Below are positions 38,917-48,615 of a stretch of DNA of 64,000 nucleotides, piece after piece. The notes under the pieces were generated by a model, which worked only from the letters and a program-made list of their open reading frames with translations, had not been told where the DNA came from and searched no databases. Origin of the DNA: Anaerolineales bacterium (lineage in GTDB: Bacteria; Chloroflexota; Anaerolineae; Anaerolineales; UBA4823); assembly GCA_025057645.1 (NCBI GenBank), contig JANXBJ010000003.1, forward strand, positions 111,023 to 175,022. The letters are read 5' to 3'. The position numbers and the translations under genes were made by a program. How positions within the stretch are numbered: the first letter of the stretch is position 1; each line of letters begins with the position of its first letter.

Positions 38917-39722
38917 GCCGCGCACTGTTTTTCAAAGGCATCTAGAAATTCTTGCGGGGTGCACACCACCTCTGCCAGCCCTAAGCGCAAGCCCAAACGG
39001 GTGATCTGCGGCGGATCGACATACGTCTGAGCTAAGATTTCCGCTTTCCCCAACACCGTTCGGGCAGGCCCATCTAGGAGCACTTGTCCGCCTCCCATCA
39101 CGATCACCCGCGCAAAGTTCTCGGCGCAAAAGTCGATGTCGTGGGTGATGGTGATCACTGTCTTGCCGCGCCGCTTCAATTCGGCAATAATCATGGCAAG
39201 GCGTGTCACCGAAGCGGCATCTTGCCCGGTGGTGGGTTCGTCAAAGACCAAAATTGGGGTGTCCATCGCCAGGATTGAGGCGATTGCCACCATCTTGCGC
39301 CAAGTGGGGGAGAGATCATACGGGTTGGTATTGCGCATCGCTTGCAGTTGGGTGAGTTGCAGGGCATCTTCAACGAGCTCCTGGATGCGCTCGCCGGGGT
39401 AGCCCAGGTTGCGTGGGCCGAAGGCGATCTCCTCGGCAACCGTTTTGGTGAATAACTGCTCATCGGGATTCTGAAAGACATAGCCCACCCGCCGGGCGAG
39501 CTTGGCAACCGAATAATGACGTGTGTCCCAATCGCCGATGCGCACCCGCCCCTCAGTTGGCAAAAGCAACCCGTTCAGGTGCTTAACCAGCGTCGTCTTG
39601 CCAGCACCGTTCTGACCAATGACCGCTACCTGCTCACCGGGCGCAATCTCCAAAGAAACCCTGCGCAGGGCAAGCACCCCATTGGGGTAACGGAAAGAGA
39701 GGTTTTCAATCTGGATGTTCAT
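38913..39722 (-). CDS. ECF transporter ATPase A'
   Basis: GQNGAGKT, FQNPDEQ, DEPTTGQD, THD; start at ATG 39722. Confidence 0.9.
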   Translation of the reverse strand: MNIQIENLSFRYPNGVLALRRVSLEIAPGEQVAVIGQNGAGKTTLVKHLNGLLLPTEGRVRIGDWDTRHYSVAKLARRVGYVFQNPDEQLFTKTVAEEIAFGPRNLGYPGERIQELVEDALQLTQLQAMRNTNPYDLSPTWRKMVAIASILAMDTPILVFDEPTTGQDAASVTRLAMIIAELKRRGKTVITITHDIDFCAENFARVIVMGGGQVLLDGPARTVLGKAEILAQTYVDPPQITRLGLRLGLAEVVCTPQEFLDAFEKQCAA

Positions 39723-39724
39723 CG

Positions 39725-40594
39725 TTATCCCTGCTTTCTTCGGGCGTTGCGCAGGGCTGAGAAGCCCGCTACGGCTTCTTCCAGAGTGACGGGTAGCGGC
39801 CGCTCTTTTTGCCATAGGCCCCGGGGGAGGGCAAGGCGCGCCGTGGTGGTGTAACGCGAAACACCGAAGCCTTTTTCGACCAAGCGCTCGTCGGTCAACA
39901 CCTCGTGCGGCTTGCCCTCTAGGTAGATTTTCCCTTCCCAAAGGGCAATCACCCGGTCGGCAAACTGGGCAATCCACTCCACCTTGTGTTCCGCCATGAC
40001 CACGGTCATGCCTTGTTCAGCCATTTGGCGGATCACGCCGAACACCTCGCGCGTCCCGATCGGGTCCATTTGCGAGGTTGGCTCGTCTAACACCAGCACT
40101 TTGGGCTGCATAACCAAGATCGAAGCCAAGGCAACGCGCTGCTGTTGCCCGCCGGAAAGCGAATAGGGGGAGCGGTCGGCGAGATCGGCGATGCCGGTCA
40201 TCTGGAGCACTTCCTCAACGCGGCGGATGATCTCTGAGCGGGGCACGCCGCTGTTCTCCAGCCCAAACGCCACTTCCTCGAAGACGGTATATTTTGCCCC
40301 ACTGATCTGGTTGAACGGGTTTTGAAAGACCAAGCCCACTTTTAACACCCAATCCGAGAGATCGGAGTCTTGGACAAGCACGCCATCCACTTCCACAATT
40401 CCCTTTAGCTCGCCCTTGTAAAAGTGCGGGATAAAGCCGGCGAGCGTGTAGCATAGGGTCGATTTTCCGGCGCCATTCGGGCCAATGACAGCCACGAACT
40501 CCCCCTCTTCAACTTCTAAGTTAATGTCTTGGAGGGCGGGTTTCTCGGTGAAGGGATAATGATAGGTGACCTGCTGAAGTTTGACAATGGGCAT
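39725..40594 (-). CDS. ECF transporter ATPase A
   Basis: GPNGAGKS, FQNPFNQ, LSGGQQQR, DEPTSQMD. Confidence 0.92.
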   Translation of the reverse strand: MPIVKLQQVTYHYPFTEKPALQDINLEVEEGEFVAVIGPNGAGKSTLCYTLAGFIPHFYKGELKGIVEVDGVLVQDSDLSDWVLKVGLVFQNPFNQISGAKYTVFEEVAFGLENSGVPRSEIIRRVEEVLQMTGIADLADRSPYSLSGGQQQRVALASILVMQPKVLVLDEPTSQMDPIGTREVFGVIRQMAEQGMTVVMAEHKVEWIAQFADRVIALWEGKIYLEGKPHEVLTDERLVEKGFGVSRYTTTARLALPRGLWQKERPLPVTLEEAVAGFSALRNARRKQG

Positions 40595-40603
40595 GTTGGG
40601 TCT

Positions 40604-41383
40604 CTATGAAAACCAGATGCGACTGACCAGCGAGGCAAGCATGATGAGGATCAGCAACCAGCGCAACCCCTTATCCAGCGGGCGGTCGTAAATCTCCCGT
40701 AAGGAGGTCTTCGGACGGCGGGAGGTGAAGCCACGCGCTTCGATGGCAATGGCGCGCTCCTCCACTTCCACCAGCGAGCCAAAGACCAAGGGCCCGACTA
40801 AGGGCACCAGAGCTTGGACACGACGGGCAAAACTCGATTCGGTATCCAGACCGCGCGAGCGCTGGGCAGCAATAATCGTACTGGCTTTGGCTTGCATTTG
40901 GGGGATGATTTGCAACGTGGCAATGATGACATAGGCAAATTGCCCCGGCAAGCCGCGCTGCGTGAGGTCGGACATCAGCTCGCTGGGATGGGTGGTTAAC
41001 ATAAACAGGGTGAAGGAGGAGACCATGACGAAAATGCGCACTGCGTTGGCAAAGGCGTACATCAAGCTCTCTTGAGTGAGGGTGAGAAACCAGAGCTTAG
41101 CTAAAACCGTCTCCCCGCCGGGGATGAACAAGGCTTGCATGACAAAGAGAAAACCGGCGGCGGGCAAGATCAACTTGGTCACAGCGGTGAAATACTCGCC
41201 TTGCACCTTGCCCAAGAAAGCTAGGGGGAAAACCACCAAAAGCAACAGCAGATGGGGAGTCCAATAGAACGGCACCAGAAAAGCGGGCAAGATCAAGCCA
41301 AAGACCAAGGTCAGCTTGGTGAGGGGGTTGAGTTGGTGCAAAGCGCTTTCACGCTTGACGTAGAACGATAACCTTTCGTGCAT
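40604..41383 (-). CDS. ECF transporter T component
   Basis: LHQLNPLTK, AQRSRG and EARG motifs. Confidence 0.92.
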   Translation of the reverse strand: MHERLSFYVKRESALHQLNPLTKLTLVFGLILPAFLVPFYWTPHLLLLLVVFPLAFLGKVQGEYFTAVTKLILPAAGFLFVMQALFIPGGETVLAKLWFLTLTQESLMYAFANAVRIFVMVSSFTLFMLTTHPSELMSDLTQRGLPGQFAYVIIATLQIIPQMQAKASTIIAAQRSRGLDTESSFARRVQALVPLVGPLVFGSLVEVEERAIAIEARGFTSRRPKTSLREIYDRPLDKGLRWLLILIMLASLVSRIWFS

Positions 41384-41386
41384 TCA

Positions 41387-41434
41387 TCTCCTCCCTCCCC
41401 GCGCCCTGTGGGAGGAGGGGCTGGGGGTGAGGGT
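41387..41434 (-). repeat. REP-like G/C-skewed hairpin element
   Basis: Minus strand ACCCTCACCCCCAGCCCCTCCTCCC...GGGGAGGGAGGAGA; weaker look-alikes near 16900 and 48455. Confidence 0.5.
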
Positions 41435-42136
41435 TCATCCACCCGGCGTCAAAAGGCGCACCAAGACAAAGACCGCAATCAGGATCAACACCACCACCAC
41501 GCCCAAAGCGATCCATAATTGAGTCCTACCCGCACCGGCTTGGATTTCGATGTTCTGCGGGCGCGGGAAGCGGGCGACAAAGCGCAGCGATAAACCTTGG
41601 ATAATGGCAAAGGCCAACAGCGCTGTGGAAATCTTGTCGATAGGCTCGACCAAGAAGTTGGTGCTGAAGACGGCTTCAATAACCCCGCGGCCGGTCTGTA
41701 ATAGGTAAGCGGTGATGAAGGACGATCCGCTGGCAGTGATTCCACCGTACAGATAGACGGCGATGGGGGTGGAGACAATCGCCGCCGTGAGGGCGACCAA
41801 GAAGCCGGTGATGATCACTTTCCAGAGGTTCTTGAACAAGCCAGCGTTGGCGCAGATGCCGGTCACCAAGCCGATGAAGAATGCCACCGGCCACCAAGGG
41901 AAGGCATTTGGGTCGATTGCCAAGCCCCAAATAATGTTGGAGAGGGTGCCGGTCAACGCCCCTGCCCAAGGTCCACACAGCGCCGCCACCAGCATCGTGC
42001 CGATCGAATCAAGGTAAACAGGCAGACGCAGGACAACCACAATTTGCCCCATGACCACATTGATAGCAATTGCCACAGGGATCAAGACCCACGTCATCGT
42101 ATTGAAGTCTTTTTTGAGCGATTCGAAAAATTTCAT
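41435..42136 (-). CDS. ECF transporter S component
   Basis: IPVAIAIN, LPVYLDSIGT, GPWAGALTG; hydrophobic; in an operon with T, A and A'. Confidence 0.9.
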   Translation of the reverse strand: MKFFESLKKDFNTMTWVLIPVAIAINVVMGQIVVVLRLPVYLDSIGTMLVAALCGPWAGALTGTLSNIIWGLAIDPNAFPWWPVAFFIGLVTGICANAGLFKNLWKVIITGFLVALTAAIVSTPIAVYLYGGITASGSSFITAYLLQTGRGVIEAVFSTNFLVEPIDKISTALLAFAIIQGLSLRFVARFPRPQNIEIQAGAGRTQLWIALGVVVVLILIAVFVLVRLLTPGG

Positions 42137-42229
42137 CGGAATATCTCCTTTTCCAAATAAATCGAATCGAATATGGATAAACGCCTAAAAATGCCAGCGC
42201 TTTTCAGAGGAATCACCTGACCGATCGAG

Positions 42230-43213
42230 TTATCCTTCCTGTTCTACCTCCTCGTTCAAAAGTTTCCGGCTCAAGGTAGCGATCCGTTGCACAAAGAAAT
42301 CAAGAAAAGCGTTGACGCACACACCTAATGCCACTCGCATGTTGGCCGGCTTGCCGGTCATGTGGTAGAAGTCGGCAAAGGTCTTTCCCATACAGACTCC
42401 GCCGCTGATGTCAACGTCTACATAGAGTTCTTGATAATCGCATAGATCGGGTCGAAAAGTCAGGGCAAGGGCCAAGGGATCGTTGATCACACAGCCCGCA
42501 ATGGCTTGGTATTGATCGTGAAATTCCATGTAATAGCGGGTGGCTTGGCGCAGGAATGCGGGGATGGGGGAAGGAAGTGGGTCGAGCTTTTGCAAGTGCG
42601 CTTCGGTGAGGATGCACTGATACGTGACATCCAGCGGCACGAGCGTGATAGGAATGCCGCTGTGGAAGACGATGTGGGCGGCGTGCGGGTCGACATACGT
42701 GTTGAATTCTGCCAACGGGGTGGTGTTGCCTTCGTGGCGAATGGCGCCACCCATGATGAACAGCTCTTTCACCGCTTGGGCAAGGCGCGGTTCTTTGCGC
42801 AAGGCAAGGGCAAGGTTGGTGAGGGGACCGATGGCAACAATCGTGATTTCACCCGGCGCGCTGAGCACACGCTCGATTAGGAAATCGCACGCATGTTGAC
42901 TCAACGGCTTGGTGTGTGGTGGAGGAAGTTGAGCATATCCTAATCCCATCTGTCCGTGCGTCTCTGGGGCAAGCAAGGAAGGTTGCACCAGCGGCCGCTC
43001 GCAGCCGCGCACTACGGGAATGTGCGCAGCTTGAGCCAGCTCTAAAATCGAAAGGGCGTTGGTAACCCCTTGATCGACCGAGCAGTTGCCGTGCACGATG
43101 CTCAAGCCCTCAACCCGAAGCTCCGGTGAGGCTAAGGCCAACAAGATGGCAGCGGCATCATCGATGCCGGGGTCGGTGTCGATCAGAATGCGCTTGGGAG
43201 AGAAGGATAGCAT
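42230..43213 (-). CDS. IU-family nucleoside hydrolase
   Basis: DTDPGIDDA Ca-binding motif, GPLTNLA, AEFN, PLDVT; INDP at the usual xHDP position. Confidence 0.92.
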   Translation of the reverse strand: MLSFSPKRILIDTDPGIDDAAAILLALASPELRVEGLSIVHGNCSVDQGVTNALSILELAQAAHIPVVRGCERPLVQPSLLAPETHGQMGLGYAQLPPPHTKPLSQHACDFLIERVLSAPGEITIVAIGPLTNLALALRKEPRLAQAVKELFIMGGAIRHEGNTTPLAEFNTYVDPHAAHIVFHSGIPITLVPLDVTYQCILTEAHLQKLDPLPSPIPAFLRQATRYYMEFHDQYQAIAGCVINDPLALALTFRPDLCDYQELYVDVDISGGVCMGKTFADFYHMTGKPANMRVALGVCVNAFLDFFVQRIATLSRKLLNEEVEQEG

Positions 43214-43301
43214 AAAGCACCTGCTCCCAGGTCTCGCGATGCGGGACCAAGCATGAGGGAGACGTTTTCTCGATCCCTGTTCTTGTGAAGCCTAGCTTAA
43301 T

Positions 43302-43317
43302 TTCATCGTACGATGAA
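43302..43317. promoter_or_regulatory. Perfect 16-bp palindrome, putative operator
   Basis: TTCATCGTACGATGAA, downstream of minus-strand TAAAAT boxes at about 43340-43350. Confidence 0.55.
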
Positions 43318-43604
43318 TGAGCGACTCTCGTGAAAGTTAATTTTATTTTACTTTCTTCGGCGCGAAGGCGCAAATCTCCTCCGCCTGTTGTTCTCAAGAG
43401 AGGTGTCTATGAGAACGGGCAACGGAGGTAAACGTCCCCGTTTGGGGGTGTGCTTGTGGCGGGTCGCAACGTTCCGACCACCGGGCTAGGGTGGACAAAC
43501 CAGTCCACCAAGCCCCCATGAGGGCCTCGGTGGGGAGCGGGTGTCTTCGTCGGCTACATTTGCGAGCAGAGGGGGCCCTCGCAGATTGCGGAGAGAGACG
43601 CTCT

Positions 43605-44453
43605 CTAGGGAATGTTGTAAGTCAGCAGCACGATTTCAATGTTCGCAGCCTGGTCACTGCTGCTCGACTTGACCATCCCCACTCCGGATGCATACCAGAC
43701 CGAGCCGGTCTCACTGACGCTAAACGTCGACATGTCCGAAATCGAAAAGTCTATCTTGGTCGAACAGTCAACGCGCAAAGCCTCGAACTCCCCAGCCGGC
43801 ACTCGCACCCTCTCGAAGTTGGCTGCCACGCAAGAGCGTTCAAGGAAAGTGCGAGTTTTGAAGCTTGTGCCGCCCATCTCGCTCTGACCACGGTAGGCAA
43901 TGGCCTGCGACCATCCTTGTCCGAGTTGGGGGTTGGCAGGAAGAGAAATGCCTTGATTCGACTCGACGGTGAAATTCGTCTGCATCGTCCCGGCGCTTAC
44001 AAAAGCGCCGCCACCGGGCGTGAGAGCGATCAGGTCACCTGCGCGACATGCCCAGCTCCCCTGGCGCACTGTGCCCATGCCGAACACATCTTGATCGTCA
44101 AAGCCATCCTCGCGCACGGCGGTGATCGACCGCACGAACGTGTCGCTGCTCACCCCGCTCATCTGATATTGCCAAGTGGCGCCCTGAACCACCGGGTAGA
44201 ACTCGTTTTGGCACTGACCGGTTGGCAAAGGAAGGGTGGCCTGTGCAGTTGGCGATGCAGTGGGCTCTGCCGTGGTGGGCTGCGGGGAAGGCGTTTCTTG
44301 CTCCTCTTCAGGAGGAAAAGGGGTTGTCTCTAGGGGGCTGGAGGGAACCTCCGCAGTGGGTTGCGTCCCTTCGGTCGGAAGTAATCCACCCAAAGTGCAA
44401 GCCAGCGAGCTTAGGACGAGACTAAGGAGAAAATAGCGCAAGATTTTGGTCAT
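43605..44453 (-). CDS. Lipoprotein of unknown function (beta-rich)
   Basis: AGGAG RBS; [19 protein letters not shown] lipobox; Pro/Thr/Glu linker; VRVPAGEF...[10 protein letters not shown]. Confidence 0.8.
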   Translation of the reverse strand: MTKILRYFLLSLVLSSLACTLGGLLPTEGTQPTAEVPSSPLETTPFPPEEEQETPSPQPTTAEPTASPTAQATLPLPTGQCQNEFYPVVQGATWQYQMSGVSSDTFVRSITAVREDGFDDQDVFGMGTVRQGSWACRAGDLIALTPGGGAFVSAGTMQTNFTVESNQGISLPANPQLGQGWSQAIAYRGQSEMGGTSFKTRTFLERSCVAANFERVRVPAGEFEALRVDCSTKIDFSISDMSTFSVSETGSVWYASGVGMVKSSSSDQAANIEIVLLTYNIP

Positions 44454-44662
44454 GATTGCTCTCCTTTGTCTAAATTGGCCAGTGCTTGTATTATACACAA
44501 GAAAAGGAGCAGACCATGATAGATTAGAACCGTTTGTTCTCACCACCTTCAAGTTACGGAACGGCGCAGCCGATCCTGGACTGTACCGACTCTTGCTACA
44601 GACTTTGTCAAATTGTTGACCGATCTCCGAAAATATGGCATAATCTACATCAACGAACTCGC

Positions 44663-44962
44663 AAAAGCGATGATGGAAACGAGTACATCCGAGCGGCGCT
44701 GACAGCGAACCTGCGAACGGTGTGAGGCGGGCCAGCACGACGGATGGAACATCCTTCCGGAGCTGCAACCTGAAAGGCCGAGAGCAGAGGAGGCCGAGTA
44801 GGGAAGCCGGTGTCGTCCACCGTTATCGCGGACGAGTGGTTTGGAGTGCCCAAAGGGGCTTCAAAGACCACTGAGGAGTTGCCTGCAACAGCAGGAAACA
44901 GGGTGGTACCGCGGGAGATGTGCCATTTCCTCTCGTCCCTGGAGGGGCGAGAGTTTTTTTAT
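44663..44962 (+). promoter_or_regulatory. Ile-specific T-box riboswitch
   Basis: Specifier GAAC-ATC-C (ATC at 44751), CCGTTA, GGGTGGTACCGCG (44901-44913), terminator CTCTCGTCCCT / AGGGGCGAGAG-T7; promoter TTGACC-17-CATAAT. Confidence 0.93.
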
Positions 44963-45007
44963 CTGGATGTCCGTGCTAGATTTAGTCTGCGAGGTTTTGG
45001 AGGTCGT

Positions 45008-48000
45008 ATGCCGTTTCGAGAAGTGCCAACTAAGATTGATTTCCCTGCCCAAGAGCGAGAGATTTTAGAGTTCTGGAAAAGGACTCAAGCCTTCCAGAAA
45101 ATGCGCGAACTCCATAGAGGGCAACCCCACTGGTCATTTATCGACGGACCGATCACGGCCAATAACCCGATGGGCGTCCACCATGGGTGGGGCAGAACCT
45201 ATAAGGATTTGTTTCAGCGTTTTTGGACGATGCGCGGCCGGGAACTGCGCTACCAGAACGGCTTCGATTGCCAAGGATTGTGGGTGGAGGTCGAAGTCGA
45301 GAAAGAGATGGGCTTTAGAACCAAGCGGGATATTGAGAATTACGGTCTCGAAAAATTCGTGCGCGCTTGTAAGGCGCGCGTCCTAAGGTATGCCGCCGTT
45401 CAGACCGAGCAGTCGATTCGTTTAGGTTACTGGATGGATTGGGACGATCCTGATCAGTTGCGTTGGTTAGCAGAACAACTTTTGGAGGACCCCCAGCGGG
45501 TGATCACCGTCCAAGGTCCAGAGGGCCCTGTGACCGACACGGTCGAACAAATCGTCGGACGTCTGGGGATGCCTGAGCTAGGCGGCAGTTATTTCACGTT
45601 TTCCAACGAAAACAACTATATGATTTGGTACTTCTTGAAAAAGTGCTGGGAGAAGGGCTGGTTATATCACGGAGCAGACGTAATGCCGTGGTGTCCGCGG
45701 TGCGCCACCGGCATTAGCCAGCACGAGATTGTGACGGATGGTTACGCCGAGCTTACCCATCCCTCGGTTACGTTGCGCTTCCCCCTGCGTCAAAGCGCAG
45801 ATTTGAGCAGCCCCCCGCGTCGCGACCCTCAAAGCGGGTTGCCCGAGGCGCTCTTGGTTTGGACAACCACCCCTTGGACGCTGACCAGCAATGTAGCTGC
45901 TGCAGTCGGGCCGGACCTCACTTACGTGAAAGTGCGCCAAGGCGAACAAGTCCTCTACCTCTCTAAGGGCACTATGCATATGCTAAGGGGAGAGTATGAG
46001 GTTCTTGGAGAACTGCCGGGCGCTGCAATGGAGGGTTGGTACTACTTCGGCCCCTTCGACGATCTGCCGGCAGCCCAACAGCGTGGGGGACTCGTTCCCA
46101 TAGAGCATTTGATCAGAGACATTCCCCTTACCGCTGCGGAAGCCCACCGGGTTATCCTTTGGGATGAGGTGGGCGAGACTGAGGGCACGGGGATTGTTCA
46201 CATTGCCCCGGGTTGTGGCGCAGAAGACTTTCAATTGGGCAAACAGCATGGCCTGCCCATTATTGCCCCCTTGGACGATGAAGGCTATTTTATCGAGGGC
46301 TTTGCGTGGTTGAGCGGAATGCATGTCTCCAAAGTTGCTACGCCGATCTTTGAGGATTTGGAGCGCAAGGGATTGCTCTACCACGTGGAGTCTTACACCC
46401 ACCGCTATCCGACCTGCTGGAGGTGCAAGGAAGAGTTGATTTTTCGCCTGGTGGATGAGTGGTTCATCAGCATGGGCGAGGTCTATGACAAGCCCCGCGA
46501 ACAGCTCACCCCAGAAGAAAAGGCGCGTAGTTTGCGCTATCAGATCATGGATATTGTCGATCGAATTCGCTGGATCCCGGAGTTCGGCTATGCCCGGGAG
46601 ATGGACTGGCTGCGCAACATGCACGACTGGATGATCAGTAAAAAGCGCTATTGGGGTTTGGCACTGCCGATCTGGGTATGTGAGCAGTGTGGCAAGTATG
46701 AGGTAATCGGCAGCGAGGTGGAGTTGCAGGAACGAGCGGTCGCCGGTTTGGACGTTTTCGGACGCCACACTCCGCACCGTCCGTATATTGATGCAGTCAA
46801 GTTGGGCTGTCCGGCTTGTGGTGGGCTGATGAACCGCATTCCCGACGTAGGCAATCCATGGTTGGATGCAGGGATTGTGCCCTTCAGTACCTTACGCTAT
46901 CGCTCCGACCCCGACTACTGGCGCAAGTGGTATCCGGCACACTGGATCAGCGAATCGTTCCCGGGTCAGTTCCGCAACTGGTTCTACAGCTTGCTGGCGA
47001 TGGCCACTGTGATCGCCGGAGAGCCGCCCTTCCTCGAGAACTTCGGCTATGCCACGCTCCTTGCTGAAGACGGACGGCCGATGCACAAAAGCTGGGGCAA
47101 TGCGATTGAATTTAATGAGGCCGCAGATAAGATGGGGGTGGACGTAATGCGCTGGTTGTATTGCAACCACAAGCCAGAGAACGATTTGCTTTTTGGCTAT
47201 CATCGGGGCGATGAAGCTCGTCGTCGCTTCCTTATCCCTCTGTGGAATGTCTACGCCTTCCTAGCCACCTATGCTCGTCTCGATGGTTGGGAGCCCACCT
47301 TTGAGTTCGACCCAGCCTATCCGGAAGGAGCAACCCCTCGTAGTGAGAACCTCCTCGATCGCTGGATTCTCACCCGGCTCAACCAAGTAACACCGGTGGT
47401 CACCCACGCTCTCGAAAACTCCGACACCTACACGGCAACGCTGGCCTTGGAGGCCCTGCTGGATGACCTGAGCAATTGGTATGTGCGCCGCTCGCGCCGT
47501 CGATTTTGGAAGTCGGAGCAAGATCAGGATAAGCGGATGGCATATGCAACCCTTTACCACGTAGTGGTAAAGATGATCCGCCTGTTAGCGCCTTTTGTGC
47601 CTTTTATTACAGAGGCGATTTATCAAAATCTGGTGCGCAGTGTGCGTCCGAACGCTTACGAGAGTGTGCATCATACCTCTTGGCCACTGACAGATGAGAG
47701 CGCCGTGGATCAGGCATTAGAACAGCAGATGACACTAGCGCGCCAAATCGCTAGCCTGGGCTTGAGCGCACGTAACTCTGCCGGGCTTAAGGTGCGCCAG
47801 CCTCTGGCAAAGGTCTTTGTCTACGCCGGCAAAACCAAGACCCTTCTGCCCGAACTGATCGAGATCATTAAGGACGAATTGAACGTGAAAGAGTTCGAGT
47901 TTGTGGAAAAGGCCGAGCAACTGGTCACCTATCAAATCTTGCCGGATAGCAAATTGCTCGGTCCGAGATTTGGCGCTCAGTTCCCCAAGGTGCGTGCTGC

Positions 48001-48454
48001 TTTAGCAGAGATGGATGCGGCCAGGGTAGCAGCTTTGGTTCAGGCCGGGATGAAGGTTCCCCTCCAAGTGGATGGCCAAGTGGTGGAGTTGGAAGCCAAC
48101 GAAATCTTGGTGCAGACCAAACCGGCGGAGGGATTGGCCGTTGCTTTCGATAAATTGGCTACGGTAGCGGTCGACACGAACGTCACTCCGGAACTGCGTG
48201 CCGAAGGCCTTGCCCGTGAACTCGTGCGTCGCATTCAAGCCATGCGCAAGGAGGCGGGTTTCAACATTGAAGATCGCATTACCACCTACTATCAAGCCGA
48301 TGAAGCGCTGGCCGAAATCTTTCGCTCTTGGGGCGAGTATATTAAGGCAGAAACCCTCACGCTCGCTCTATGTCACGAAACCCCGCCTGCAGATAGCTAC
48401 CAGGAGACCCATCAAATCGATCAGCACCGGGTCGTCCTCGGGGTTAAGCGTTAG
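45008..48454 (+). CDS. ileS: Isoleucine--tRNA ligase (type 2-like)
   Basis: GGAGG RBS; DGPITANNPMGVHHGW, WTTTPWTL, GTGIVHIAP, divergent KMSKS (PMHKS); Ile T-box upstream. Confidence 0.93.
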   Translation: MPFREVPTKIDFPAQEREILEFWKRTQAFQKMRELHRGQPHWSFIDGPITANNPMGVHHGWGRTYKDLFQRFWTMRGRELRYQNGFDCQGLWVEVEVEKEMGFRTKRDIENYGLEKFVRACKARVLRYAAVQTEQSIRLGYWMDWDDPDQLRWLAEQLLEDPQRVITVQGPEGPVTDTVEQIVGRLGMPELGGSYFTFSNENNYMIWYFLKKCWEKGWLYHGADVMPWCPRCATGISQHEIVTDGYAELTHPSVTLRFPLRQSADLSSPPRRDPQSGLPEALLVWTTTPWTLTSNVAAAVGPDLTYVKVRQGEQVLYLSKGTMHMLRGEYEVLGELPGAAMEGWYYFGPFDDLPAAQQRGGLVPIEHLIRDIPLTAAEAHRVILWDEVGETEGTGIVHIAPGCGAEDFQLGKQHGLPIIAPLDDEGYFIEGFAWLSGMHVSKVATPIFEDLERKGLLYHVESYTHRYPTCWRCKEELIFRLVDEWFISMGEVYDKPREQLTPEEKARSLRYQIMDIVDRIRWIPEFGYAREMDWLRNMHDWMISKKRYWGLALPIWVCEQCGKYEVIGSEVELQERAVAGLDVFGRHTPHRPYIDAVKLGCPACGGLMNRIPDVGNPWLDAGIVPFSTLRYRSDPDYWRKWYPAHWISESFPGQFRNWFYSLLAMATVIAGEPPFLENFGYATLLAEDGRPMHKSWGNAIEFNEAADKMGVDVMRWLYCNHKPENDLLFGYHRGDEARRRFLIPLWNVYAFLATYARLDGWEPTFEFDPAYPEGATPRSENLLDRWILTRLNQVTPVVTHALENSDTYTATLALEALLDDLSNWYVRRSRRRFWKSEQDQDKRMAYATLYHVVVKMIRLLAPFVPFITEAIYQNLVRSVRPNAYESVHHTSWPLTDESAVDQALEQQMTLARQIASLGLSARNSAGLKVRQPLAKVFVYAGKTKTLLPELIEIIKDELNVKEFEFVEKAEQLVTYQILPDSKLLGPRFGAQFPKVRAALAEMDAARVAALVQAGMKVPLQVDGQVVELEANEILVQTKPAEGLAVAFDKLATVAVDTNVTPELRAEGLARELVRRIQAMRKEAGFNIEDRITTYYQADEALAEIFRSWGEYIKAETLTLALCHETPPADSYQETHQIDQHRVVLGVKR

Positions 48455-48615
48455 TCCCTCTCCCCGAGATGCTCGCCGAGAGACGTGGGAGAAAAGGAGC
48501 GACTATGCCAACTGGGGGAAGTCGGGGCGTGGGTCGAGATAACGCTCATGCCCCGATAGACAAGTCGATCGAGTAGTAAAGTTTGAGGCGATAACCTCCT
48601 CAAGCGTAAAAAGGC

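Noticed and set aside
44810-45007. 66-aa N-terminal extension of IleS shown in the ORF track
   Set aside because: It runs through the T-box and terminator; the GGAGG RBS supports ATG 45008.
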